The notes: generated from the sequence alone by a model not told the origin. A DNA stretch of 64,000 nucleotides from Octopus bimaculoides (GCF_001194135.2 NC_068987.1:46141808-46205807), one strand, 5' to 3'; shown: positions 50,621 to 63,456, counted from the stretch's first letter. Numbers and translations: made by a program.

Positions 50621-50789
50621 ATTTGTTATTGCCAGCTTTCAAGTAAAAAATAAGCGGTAATTAAGAACTATCGGAGAGTCTTTCAGAATAGCAACAACAA
50701 CAACAACACAACAACAACAACAACAACAATAATAATAACAATAATAATAATAACAATAATAATAATGATAATAATAATAATAAGATCTT

Positions 50790-51300
50790 AACTGATTGGA
50801 AGTGTTATCATGTACATTGTTTTGTCTTATTATAAATGATCGGTTATAGCAAATATTCTGCTCAATACCACAGATTTGCTTGTCGGTTGTTTGACCTTAA
50901 CCAGTTGAGCATGTCCCTTGGTGGCTGGCGATACGTGCATCTCTGATCACGAGCAGAAGTAGTGGGGAAGCTTCATAGCCATGTGTTGAGAGGAATTCCT
51001 TGGGGTTTGGATAATTCATCTTTTGAAACATGGGTGTTTTATTCAGCATCCTTAAACAACCCTTATTCAGGGACCTTTTGAACGGGATGAGCTACTCGAC
51101 CCGAAGAAAATTCTAATTGGGCTCCACCTGCAAGGTCATGCGCTGTTTATCCTGATATGAGATCACCATGTCACGCACATATGATTGTGATGCATGCGCT
51201 TGGTGTACCCTTATCAGACGGATAGTCATGATGGGTATAGTGGGCTTCGTATATTTTAACCTAGTGTCACTTTGATGGCATGCACTTCTCTCTCACTCAA
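50790..51300 (+). mobile_element. ~510-bp interspersed repeat (probable non-LTR 3' UTR or SINE-like) bounded by (AAT)n
   Basis: Non-coding, GC-richer block flanked by AAT arrays on both sides; recalled as a high-copy octopus repeat but not verifiable here. Confidence 0.5.
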
Positions 51301-51317
51301 TAACAATAATAGTAATG

Positions 51318-51400
<83 letters not shown>

Positions 51401-51403
<3 letters not shown>

Positions 51404-51597
51404 CCTTTCCTAAAGGCACAAGGCTTGAAATATTTTGTTGGTGTGTGGGGTGACTAGTTGATTACATCGACCCACTGGTACTTAATTTATCGACCTCGAA
51501 GGGTAGAACAGTAAAGTTGACCTTGGCAGAATTTGGACTCAGAAAGTAAAGATGGACAAAATGCCGCTAAGCATATAATAATAATAATAATAATACA

Positions 51598-51653
<56 letters not shown>

Positions 51654-51657
51654 TATA

Positions 51658-51707
<50 letters not shown>

Positions 51708-51850
51708 AGGTATCAAATTTTGGCACAGGGCCAGCAATTTAAGGGGAGTGTATTAGTCGATACCATCGACTCCAGTGCCTGTCTGATATCTTTTTTTATC
51801 GACCCCGAAAGATTGAAAGGTAAAGTTAACATCGGCAGGTTTTGAACACT
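51401..51850 (-). mobile_element. Two SINE-A copies separated by (TAA)n(TGA)n
   Basis: Copies at 51401-51574 and 51709-51850 with GCACAAGGC tails and TTTATCGACC.CGAAAG cores. Confidence 0.8.
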
Positions 51851-53284
51851 GCCAGACATTTTTTATATGTTCAAACGATTCTTCCAATTTTCCACTACGA
51901 ATTTATAGCGGCAAGAGTATGAAGGATTAAAGTTGATTTAGATTTATACAAGAGGGAGTATAGTCGATTAATATGACCACAGAATATTGCTTGTCTTGGT
52001 TCTATCAACCTCAGCTGCAGCCATAGAGCTTTCTTATATTAGTAGAATGTCACCAGTGTGCGATTGGTCGGGGGAGGAAATGAAGCAAATTGGCGGAATG
52101 GTTAGAGAATTTTGGAGTGAATACCTTGTGTTATTTTTTCTTCTATGCGCTCTGATTTCAAATCCTGCTAAAGTCAACTTTTAGTTACATCCTTCTGGAA
52201 TCATTAAGTTGAATACTAGTCAGGTAGTAGGGTCGAGTCTTCTTTTCTGTGTGTGTGTCGGAATTAATTATATCTTGCCGTGGAAAGCATCTCGTTCGCC
52301 AGAAATTGAAAATGTTGAGTGAGGTGCTAAGCAACGTCTTGTCATAGCGAAAAAAACTTCTGTGCTATTGAAAATTACCCAAGGCCATCCCTATATACAA
52401 CACAGCATGTAAAAGTAATAATCTACTTGCATGATAACTACAATTTGTCTTATAATGATCAAGCGGTAAACTATGCTGATGTGCTCACCGTGTAGTTAAA
52501 CACTATGCGATAAAATACTGTGAAGACTGCAATTTATAGATAATAGTGTCTTGGATTGCGATATCATTTTCATGAAACCAGTTCCAAAACTTTTGAATGG
52601 GATCATTCTCTGTTTCAGCAGTATATTGCAGAATTTGGTCACGAATGCTTCCATAATGTCATATCTTCCACGTTGGATAAATGATTCTCAAGATCCCTTC
52701 TCACAGCCAGATCGTATATTTAATGGACATCCAAAGCTAATAGATTTTAGCTGGCCCTCTCAATGCGTATGAATATATGTACATATGTATTTTACATCGC
52801 AGTATGGACAGACTTCGAGTAAGTATTTGTGACAAATATTACAATTCTAATATTAGATATGTTCGTTTGCTAAAGCGCAAAAACTTTTCTGTTTCTGAAT
52901 TTGAAAACATTCTTGGATTAAAACTGGTTCAAAATCTACACACACACACACACACACAGCTCAAAAAATGATAATGCGAACAATGTTGGCATTATTTTAT
53001 AAATCAGACATTGAGGAGGTGAAGTATAATATATGATTTACACAACTACGACCGCAGATCAGCAAACACCTCTCACACTTCTACAATTCGCACGCACGTA
53101 CACACATACACACATACACTCGCACACACACGCATACATACACGAGAGAATTACTAGAGTACTTCATTATATAAAAGTTTCACTACAAAAATAAGCATTC
53201 TAGAAAATTTCAAATGGTTCGGGATCGCTTTTCTGTCTTTTTTAATGCTCTTTTCTCTTGGTTCCAGATTGCAACCATAAACCA

Positions 53285-53338
<54 letters not shown>

Positions 53339-53559
53339 CTGNNNNNNNNNNNNNNNNNNNNNNNNNNNNNNNNNNNNNNNNNNNNNNNNNNNNNNNNNNN
53401 NNNNNNNNNNNNNNNNNNNNNNNNNNNNNNNNNNNNNNNNNNNNNNNNNNNNNNNNNNNNNNNNNNNNNNNNNNNNNNNNNNNNNNNNNNNNNNNNNNNN
53501 NNNNNNNNNNNNNNNNNNNNNNNNNNNNNNNNNNNNNNNATTTTATATCTTCAAATTCC

Positions 53560-54250
53560 CGCATGCGCATTGCTTGTTTTTTATTTTGTCGACTACACAG
53601 TATAGTAGGATGTCAGCTGGCCACGGTCTGTGCGAAAAACAGCACCATGGCGCAGTTCACTCTGCCAGAAATTTGGAAACGGCATGCTATACTGCATCCA
53701 CGCTGGAAGCTTTGATATGAACATTTCAGAGTGTTTGGGTGTCAATCTGAGGACACTGCAGAGAATTCGGAAAGAGTTAGATGAGTCTAATGGTGCTTAC
53801 GAAGGTATGGCAGCTCGGAAAACTCACTCTGATCGTTCTGATAAGAAAAGAACTCCTCCAAGTCAATCGAGTCCATCACCAAGGACATGGGAGTGTCTGA
53901 GTTTCTTATCATCAGGCAGATAGTGCATGAAGACATTCGGTATACTTCATACAAGATGAGAAAGGACCAATTTTTATCCCAAACCATCAAGGACAAGAAG
54001 AAAGACCGCACAACGAAGCTTTTGAACAAACACAAGCATCCCCTCCAACCGAACATGCTTTGTTTTTTTCTCAGGCGAGAAAACTTTCTGCCAGGATCAG
54101 ATGATGAACACGCAGAACAACGTTGGCTTGCCATGTAACTAGAGTGATAAAAGTCATCCAGTCAGCATCATGGTGTTTGGAGTTATCATTAGTGATGGCG
54201 ACGTTATACTTCCATTCATCTTCTCACACAGCCTCACACTCAACAAGTAG
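53560..54250 (+). mobile_element. Tc1/mariner-superfamily (maT/DD37D-like) transposase remnant with internal deletion
   Basis: ISECLGVNLRTLQRIRKEL (HTH), IRQIVHEDIRYTSYKMRK, FF(S)DEKTF and IMVFGVIISDG motifs in broken frames. Confidence 0.75.
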
Positions 54251-54450
54251 TAAATCAAATACCATACAACATATATTCTTTATTCATTAACCTTAACTTC
54301 ACCTACGGAGGATGTATCACAATTACCAAAAGCCAACTGAGACGAGTTCCATATGAGAAGGGGAGGTAATTAGAAGAATTTTGTGAATTTTCCGAAGTTC
54401 ATGTACTATTAGAGAAAAAGATGAGCTTATTAACTTGAGATAAGAGGACA

Positions 54451-54500
<50 letters not shown>

Positions 54501-54510
54501 GTGTGTGTGT

Positions 54511-56251
54511 GAAGATGTTTAAGCAAAATTAGATAGGCATGAAATCAGTGTGAGGATAACTGCAATTCTTAAAATTCAACTTCTAATCAGAGTAAGAATT
54601 CATTATGCGTAATGATATTGACTATTTGATGGATGTGTCGAAACAGCTGTAAAGGTTTCATGATATCTGGTAATAGTACGTAGCAACCTATGCAATTATA
54701 TTCGTACGTCTATTATTGTTTGGCATCTGTATAGAAATTCGGTCAAACTTTTCTTTCTTTTACACACACGCACACACACACAAACACACACACACACATA
54801 CACACACACACACGCGCATACACACACATACACACATACACATACACACACACGTATGTATGTTTGTGTACTTAAGAAAGCGAGATATACACTATGTTCA
54901 TAGTATTTTTTACAGTATCGTCTCCTCACGACAATACGTAGTGTTTGCCGCCACAAAACAATGATCCCGTTGATAATGTCTTTGAACAAAGACAAATAAA
55001 AAAAACGTAAAAGGGGTAAATCAATCGACCTGAAGCTTAAGACGACAACGATTTTGAGTAAATATAATTTAGACTAAAAGAACAACAACGGAGAAAATAT
55101 TTGTTAAAAAGGGAAGGGTTAAATGATAATAGAGAATAACTATAGCATTGATAAATAGATACAGTGTAATAACTGAGCTAAAAGAAACATCGATAACAGC
55201 TATTTAAAGGGATGATGTGGAGATAACAGACAATAGCAATAAGAACAATGTAACAATGTGATGAAAAGATAACGAAGGAAAACATTATAGATACAATGAG
55301 ATAAAAGCAGCTAAAAGTAACATCGATAACAATTATATAAAGGTCTGATTTTGAGATAATAGACATCATCAATTAGGACAATCTTGCAATGAGATAAAAA
55401 GTGATAACAGAATGGTGGTGAAGGATCTAAAAATGACAACTCTAATACTAAGATACTGAGAGATGGAACATGACAGAAATATGATCAAATTCTTTGTACA
55501 GATGTTGGATCTTATAGCAATATTTCATGAGGAGTAATATAACAAGGGAAAGATTCGTATACCAAGCGTTTAATAAATATAACAAGATACAAACTCTGTT
55601 GTGTCTGGGGAGAGTCATTTTCTTATTGTGCCTTAAAATTTAACACACTCACCAGTAAAATTTCCACTTATTTTTATTTTTATTTTCCTAAAATTTTCGT
55701 TGCGTCTTGCAACCTTATCAATAGTTTTGACTAAGACTATTGAAAAGGTTGCAAGACGCAACAAAAATTTTAGGAAAATAAAAAGAAAAATAAGTGGAAA
55801 TTTTACCGGTGAGTGTGTTAACTTTTAAGGCACAATAAGAAAATGACTCTCCCCAGACACAACAGAATATGCTTCAACACACGAAATCACATAAAAAATC
55901 TTGCAAACCAAATCCAAAAACGAAAGATACAAACTGATAACACTTTATTTCCATTAAAAATAATAAGGATTCATTGATTATAAGAATATTCAACTCCTGT
56001 CAAATATAACAAGATATGAAACTTACAACACCTTAGTTCTAGTGAATATAATAAAGACAACATTAAATGTAACAACGATACTCAACGCATGTTAAAACAT
56101 AAGATTTTAAACTTATAGCACTTCAGTTCCTTTAGATATAATAAACTAAACTCTTGTTAAACGTAACAAACTGTACATCGAACCGCTATTTACTACAAGG
56201 TGTAAATTGATAATAACTCATGTTAAATATAACAAGGTATACATGTCTAGA

Positions 56252-56289
<38 letters not shown>

Positions 56290-56399
56290 GATGTTTACGC
56301 AAAATTAGATAGGCATGAAATCAGTGTGAGGATAACTGTAATTCTTAAAATACAACTTCTAATCAGAGTAGGAATTCATTATGCGTAATAATATTCACT
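54511..56399 (+). repeat. Dispersed ~112-bp direct repeat pair (54511-54623 / 56287-56399)
   Basis: GCAAAATTAGATAGGCATGAAATCAGTGTGAGGATAACTG...CTTCTAATCAGAGTA.GAATTCATTATGCGTAAT in both copies; each follows a dinucleotide microsatellite. Confidence 0.9.
55595..55866. repeat. 272-bp near-perfect palindrome carrying variant hammerhead motifs in both arms
   Basis: TCTGTTGTGTCTGGGGAGAGTC...TCAATAGT / ACTATTGA...GACTCTCCCCAGACACAACAGA with a ~4-nt loop at 55729-55732. Confidence 0.95.
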
Positions 56400-57415
56400 G
56401 ACTTCATATAACAAGGAGCTACTACTGTAACAACCAATATACGTTAAATCTAACAATGGATGAATGCTCACTCATGCTACAGGATAAATAAATAATTCTA
56501 TAGCGAACTAACGATCTCCGTGATAACATCTATAATTTTTTAATTCCGAAGGTAATGTAAATCCATTGAAGGGATGAGTGGCTGGAGTAACTCTGACCAC
56601 AGGTAGCTCTACTGGGACAGGGATTCACTCAGAGGTTAAACACAACCAACACCGCGCCCACCACCATCGCCAACAGCAACAGTCAATGACTAAGATGTTC
56701 TAGTACCACTTATCTAGACAGTGTATGTCTGCAGGTATAAGCTAATGGTTTTCTTTTCTAAGATTTTTGTCTTATTAATTAGGGTGTGATTTCAGAGACA
56801 ACAAAGAGGGGTTCAAAGGTTAGCCAGATCTGTTTGGTGTCGCATGGCCAAAAATTACCGTGAATTTTTTAGAGACACTTTCAAATTTATCAGAATATCG
56901 GACTGAAGATTTGGAATAGGGAAATTTTCATTCTCTTAACCATGAAACGATCGTATCCGATTAACTAAAGACTTGTTTTGTTTATGCTTTCCCCTCCGGT
57001 TTTTTGTTCTATGTGTGCCGTAAATATCGCCATCCATTTAGAGAAAAATTTGTAGTTTAGAATCAGTAGTTCTTTGACTGCTATTTCTAAATTTTCAGTA
57101 TGTTGGAGAAGCAACTCAATGCTAATCCCTGTATATTTATGATGATAAATGGTTTTACCGATAAAGGTTTTTTNNNNNNNNNNNNNNNNNNNNNNNNNNN
57201 NNNNNNNNNNATATGCATATATATGTACATGTATGTACATACCTTCATCTACATGTACATATAGATACATATCTGGGTACATGACGCTGCAAAAGAACAT
57301 GGACAAAATGATAAACAAGGTACAACAAACAAGCAGGCCACATAGAGAACATATCCTTCATCAGCTGCCACCATTAAAACACCGGCGTTTCGAAGAGTTA
57401 GGGCAGGACGCATCG

Positions 57416-57464
<49 letters not shown>

Positions 57465-57471
57465 ACACACT

Positions 57472-59118
57472 AATATCGAACAATGAGAATGAGTGTTATC
57501 AACACACCAGTGGATAGATGTCTTTCTTTATTTTAGGTTAAAAAGACTACCATAGTTCATTTATGTACATTTACAGCCAAATGATATAGTTCCTATCAAA
57601 TATACATACATGCATTATATATATGGTTGCACTGGGGTTCTGGTTGTATTGAGTATTTAGTTAAAAGATATTTACTAATTTACACCAATCAGAAGGATCT
57701 GTGGTGTCTATGGGCGGTTCCTATGATTACTATGACTTACCATATATATATAGATATATATATATATATATATATAAACTACATGGGAGGGTGGATGTAT
57801 GTAGTGTATTACCTTGTATTTAGGTCTGTGTATATGGGTGTGTGCTGGTAGGAAGAGGTAAACAGAGTAAAAAATCAATACGAAAAGTAAAGGGGAATAA
57901 TCATGAATTACTTTGTTTTGAATTCAGTGTATAGGTGGAGTGTTGAGTGTTTGCTTTAACGCCGTTCAGGCACTGCTTGAATCATTTTACAATTTGTAAG
58001 AAGGGAACAAGTTTTTGTTTAGATGTTATCAGTTCGTGATTTCAGCTCCGGCGCCTGTGAGGTGGAGATTGGGTTGAGCTCATATCGTTCAGTATTTTAT
58101 ATGGACCCCTGCTGTTCTGTCCATCTGTTCGAGGAAACGAATACATATATTAATATTCCCCTTAAAATCCATGAATTTTGCAAATTATATTTGTAATATA
58201 CTATGGATGGGGAATCTAACAACTAAAGCGTGGAGTTCGTGGAAATGTACATGGTAATGCATTAAAGGAATTACAAATTTCCATCCAAAGTTCTTGTTAT
58301 TACTATATATATATANNNNNNNNNNNNNNNNNNNNNNNNNNNNNNNNNNNNNNNNNNNNNNNNNNNNNNNNNNNNNNNNNNNNNNNNNNNNNNNNNNNNN
58401 NNNNNNNNNNNNNNNNNNNNNNNNNNNNNNNNNNNNNNNNNNNNNNNNNNNNNNNNNNNNNNNNNNNNNNNNNNNNNNNNNNNNNNNNNNNNNNNNNNNN
58501 NNNNNNNNNNNNNNNNNNNNNNNNNNNNNNNNNNNNNNNNNNNNNNNNNNNNNNNNNNNNNNNNNNNNNNNNNNNNNNNNNNNNNNNNNNNNNNNNNNNN
58601 NNNNNNNNNNNNNNNNNNNNNNNNNNNNNNNNNNNNNNNNNNNNNNNNNNNNNNNNNNNNNNNNNNNNNNNNNNNNNNNNNAAGACATTATGACCGATTA
58701 TGAAAACAATAGATGGATAAGGTTATGACTTGATTAATTTGAAAAAAAACCGTTAGAGAATTGGACGCTGCTGGATAGTGGGTTGGACAACACATACCAA
58801 TAAATGTGTGAGAGCGTACATGCATACATAAATACACATACACAAACACACACATATACATGCATACTGATACACACACACACACATATATATATATATG
58901 TATATACATATACATACATATGTGCACTTGTATATACATATATATATATATATATGTACACACACATATATATATATACACTCATACGTCCACATTTATA
59001 CATATGCACATACGTACCCACGCACATACAAATATACACATGCGTGCGTGTCCCCATGTACACATATGTAGGAATAAAGTATGCAATTATAACATGCGTT
59101 TTCTCCAATCCTTAAATT

Positions 59119-59161
<43 letters not shown>

Positions 59162-59204
59162 TCAGAGAAAATTATTTGTAAGATATATAATTCCTATTAA
59201 ATAT

Positions 59205-59241
<37 letters not shown>

Positions 59242-59368
59242 TACAAACAAATATCGAACGATGAGAATGAGTGCTAACAACTAACTAGCGGATGGATGTC
59301 TTTTCTTTATTTCAGGTTAATAAGGCTACCATAATTCATTTATGTACATTTACAGCCAAATGATATAT
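57472..59368 (+). repeat. Dispersed ~118-bp direct repeat pair (57472-57589 / 59250-59368)
   Basis: AATATCGAAC.ATGAGAATGAGTG...CATTTATGTACATTTACAGCCAAATGATAT in both copies; each follows (CA)n. Confidence 0.88.
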
Positions 59369-59468
59369 GTATGTATGTGTGTATGTATGTTTGTATGTAT
59401 GTATGTATGTATGCATGTATGTATGTATGTATGTATGTATGTAGGTAGGTAGGTAGGTATATATATAT

Positions 59469-59609
59469 AGTGAAGTATATTGCCACTTAAATGTGGCTGA
59501 CCCCTAGGGGTGGATGTTACTGTTGCTTTTAGCCCCAGGAGGACATCTCCTCCAGCTGGCTTATCCACCCCTAGGGGTCAGCCACATTTAAGTGGCAATA
59601 TACTTCACT
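59469..59609. repeat. Perfect 47-bp inverted repeat with 47-nt spacer
   Basis: AGTGAAGTATATTGCCACTTAAATGTGGCTGACCCCTAGGGGTGGAT (59469-59515) and its exact reverse complement (59563-59609). Confidence 0.95.
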
Positions 59610-59655
59610 TTATCGTGCAGTTACTGTTAATACCTCATTTAGAGAATTAACATTG

Positions 59656-59723
<68 letters not shown>

Positions 59724-59724
<1 letters not shown>

Positions 59725-60959
59725 TGGGTCATCCCATAAATAATGCTGTTTTTTCAATTGCATGAACAAAAAGTCGGAGGGAGACGGGATAAACTGTCAG
59801 CATCAACTTGCTATAAAGCAGGTAGTAATTTTACTTTGTTCTTATTCTTAAGTTTTTGAAGCGTGCAGTTTGATTTTAACAGTCATTTTTTTTTCAGAGC
59901 TATAATGGGAGTGACAAAGGTGCATAATCTACATATTTTGCTTTATGAGTTCAATAAAGGTAACAACGCAACGGAAATTGCTAGGAATATAAATGCAGTA
60001 TATGAGGATCGGACAATAAGCGTGATTCTGTGTCAATGGTGGTTCCAGAAATTCCGAGCCGGAAACTACAGCCAAGTAAACAAGCTTCGTCCTGGAAGAT
60101 CTGTAGAGCTCGACGAGGACGTTCTGCAAAACCGTGAAGAACGAGCAGAGAAACTTGGATTTAGTCATTCAACACCTGCGAGCCATCGGAAGAGCCTGAA
60201 AATTGGGTCAATGGGTTCCTCACAAACTTTCCGAGTCTAATCGCGCGGAGAGGGTGAATGTGTGCTCTTCGTTGCTGTCACGTCTCACGAATAAACCATT
60301 TTAAAACCGAATAGTGACTACTGATGAGAAAGTGGTTCTCTATAAAAATGTCAGGCGCCGAAGACAATGGATAGGGAAAGGAAAAACACCGGCACCCCAG
60401 CCTAAAGAAAGTCTTCACCCACGTAAGGTATTGTTATCTGTTTGGTGGGATGTGAAAGGTCTAATCCACTTTGAATTTTTAAACCTAAACCAAACGATAA
60501 CAAAAGAGAACTACTGCGAGCAGCTTGAACGGCTTAAGACAGCGCTAGAAGGAAAACGACCATCTTTGGTTTCAAGATGGAAGGTGTTCTACTATCAGGA
60601 TAATTTTTGGCCACATACAGCGAAGATAACATTCCAAAGGCTGAAGTAGTTTGAATGGCCCCCAACCACCGTGTTCACCAGACATTGCCCCATCTGATTA
60701 TTATTTATTCTGCAGTCTTCAAAATCATTTTGACGGAAAAAATATGAATTCTGTAGACATGTTCAGAACAGTACTGGAGGTATTTTTCGTCACGGACAAG
60801 TGAATTTTGGGAGAGGGGCCTTGCAAGTCTACCAGATAGATGGAAGAGCATTGTAGAAAATGGAGGAGAGTATATTTTAGATCATAAAAGAACTTTGTTT
60901 ATCTTTGAAAAATAAAAGAAGTATTAAAAAAAAAGCGCATTATTTTTGGGATGACCCAA
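59724..60959 (+). mobile_element. Full-length (1236 bp) decayed mariner element with TIRs and TA TSD
   Basis: TA|TTGGGTCATCCCATAAATAATGC...GCATTATTTTTGGGATGACCCAA|TA. Transposase motifs LLYEFNKG.NA, VTTDEKVVLY, LLSVWWD.KG and QDN.WPH with frameshifts. Confidence 0.95.
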
Positions 60960-62039
60960 TATATATTAGCAATCTGTATACATACCTAAAGTATATACGC
61001 TGTTGAAAAACTCCCAAACTGGTGTACATGTCTCGAGAAAGCATCTGTTATAGATGTAGTATATTGTTAAAAAAGCTGCTTCATCGAGACGAATACCGCA
61101 GTTTAGAAGACTTTCAGTTGTATAAATATTTTATGTATATATATCCAGATAGTTAATTTGGACTAATACTGCCTCCGTCGCTAATAACTATATATATATA
61201 TATATATATNNNNNNNNNNNNNNNNNNNNNNNNNNNNNNNNNNNNNNNNNNNNNNNNNNNNNNNNNNNNNNNNNNNNNNNNNNNNNNNNNNNNNNNNNNN
61301 NNNNNNNNNNNNNNNNNNNNNNNNNNNNNNNNNNNNNNNNNNNNNNNNNNNNNNNNNNNNNNNNNNNNNNNNNNNNNNNNNNNNNNNNNNNNNNNNNNNN
61401 NNNNNNNNNNNNNNNNNNNNNNNNNNNNNNNNNNNNNNNNNNNNNNNNNNNNNNNNNNNNNNNNNNNNNNNNNNNNNNNNNNNNNNNNNNNNNNNNNNNN
61501 NNNNNNNNNNNNNNNNNNNNNNNNNNNNNNNNNNNNNNNNNNNNNNNNNNNNNNNNNNNNNNNNNNNNNNNNNNNNNNNNNNNNNNNNNNNNNNNNNNNN
61601 NNNNNNNNNNNNNNNNNNNNNNNNNNNNNNNNNNNNNNNNNNNNNNNNNNNNNNNNNNNNNNNNNNNNNNNNNNNNNNNNNNNNNNNNNNNNNNNNNNNN
61701 NNNNNNNNNNNNNNNNNNNNNNNNNNNNNNNNNNNNNNNNNNNNNNNNNNNNNNNNNNNNNNNNNNNNNNNNNNNNNNNNNNNNNNNNNNNNNNNNNNNN
61801 NNNNNNNNNNNNNNNNNNNNNNNNNNNNNNNNNNNNNNNNNNNNNNNNNNNNNNTGTATATATACCTTTGCCTATTGAATGCTTATTTCTCTCGTTTGTA
61901 TCACCAAATCTCTCTCTCTCTTTCTCGTTCTGAATGCATATAAAAGTGTGTGTAGAGAGAGAGGAGGCATTAAATGTCCGCTAAACATGACAAAGAGTAG
62001 ACGTACATATAACATGATTACATAAATGGCATTTATACT

Positions 62040-63456
62040 GTTTAACTCTTGTTGGCAACATCATGGAGATCACTTCTTTCAGATAGCTCTTGTTAGCACT
62101 GAAGTGGAGACAACATTTTCAAGCCACCAACGTCCATCAATTATTATCAATGAAATGAAGGCAATATTTTGGACACCAACACCCAGCGACTAACAGTGTA
62201 ATGGAGAATATATATACGTTAATAATGTCTTGGAGAATACGTTTATTACATTAAACAATTATTCTGAATACAACACGAAGTAATACTGTTAGCATTCAGC
62301 TGTTGTTATCAATAACACAGAGATGAATATCTGCCAGCTAACAAAATGACTATTTCATACTCGGAATTCATATTAACAAACACATACTGAGTTTATTAAT
62401 GACATGCAACTCTGGCGAAAACTAACATATTTTCGAATTACAACTTCCCTCTCTTCTGTAAGACAAATTAAGAAATAAATTAAGACAATACATAAACAAA
62501 CAGTCTGTGATATAAATTATCTCCATATTGATATAGAAGCAATAATTGTATCTAAATTAATATGGAGGCTGTTTATAACACGTCATATGCTGATGACAAA
62601 CATGTACAATATCTCTAGTAATAGCACCTAATTTATATACACTGTACTGACTTTATAATATCGATCTCATTTTAAAATGAACAACTGTCGTTGACAATAC
62701 CATGAACAGCACAGGACCTCTAACAACTGGCTCTCGTTTACAATGCAAAAATAGAGAGTACAGTACTTGTAACAGCTAACCCTTGTTGACAATACCCTAA
62801 AGAGTGCTTTTAACAACTAGTTATCGTTGACAATACTATAGGGAGTACAGGACTTGTAACAACTAATTCTTGTTTAAAATAACACAGCGGTTACTTCTTA
62901 CATTCAATAATATATCATCTATCAGTTAAACATGGCAGAGTGAGTTTAGTACTCAGAATAAATGCTAACCATAATATTAAGTTTATTTGTGACATCTCAT
63001 TCCAGCGATAACTACATTTTCCGAATGGCAACTTCAATATCATCTGGTAAAAAAAGAAAGAAAAACATTCATCAGAAAACAACTAAGATTATTCATTAAA
63101 AAGTCGGTTCGTTTTATAAATAACTTCAATATTAATAAAACAAAAGTAATTGTTTCTAGATTAATGTGGAGGCTCTTTATAACTCGTGTCCTAAGCTGAA
63201 GATCATATGAACAAAAACCATACAAACTTCATAACGTCGATCTCTTGCTAAAATTAACTTAATGACACATCACTTCACGTTAGTAGGAAGATGAACGGTA
63301 TATATATAACATGTAACATGGGAACTCTAATAATATGGAGATGCCAGCTCTTGTTAGTAACAACATGGACATTGCTACTCACATTTGGCTCTTGTTACGA
63401 ATAAACATAAAGATTATACCTGTGATAACACAGCTAATGTTAGCAATAACACGAAG

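Noticed and set aside
56965-57170. Open minus-strand frame (GISIELLLQHTENLEIAVKELLIL...)
   Set aside because: No good donor, runs into an N gap, no recognisable family.
2639-59568. Many long ORFs rich in Y/I, C/V, H/T, S, N or X
   Set aside because: They are translations of (TA)n, (CA)n, (TATG)n, trinucleotide arrays or N gaps, not genes.
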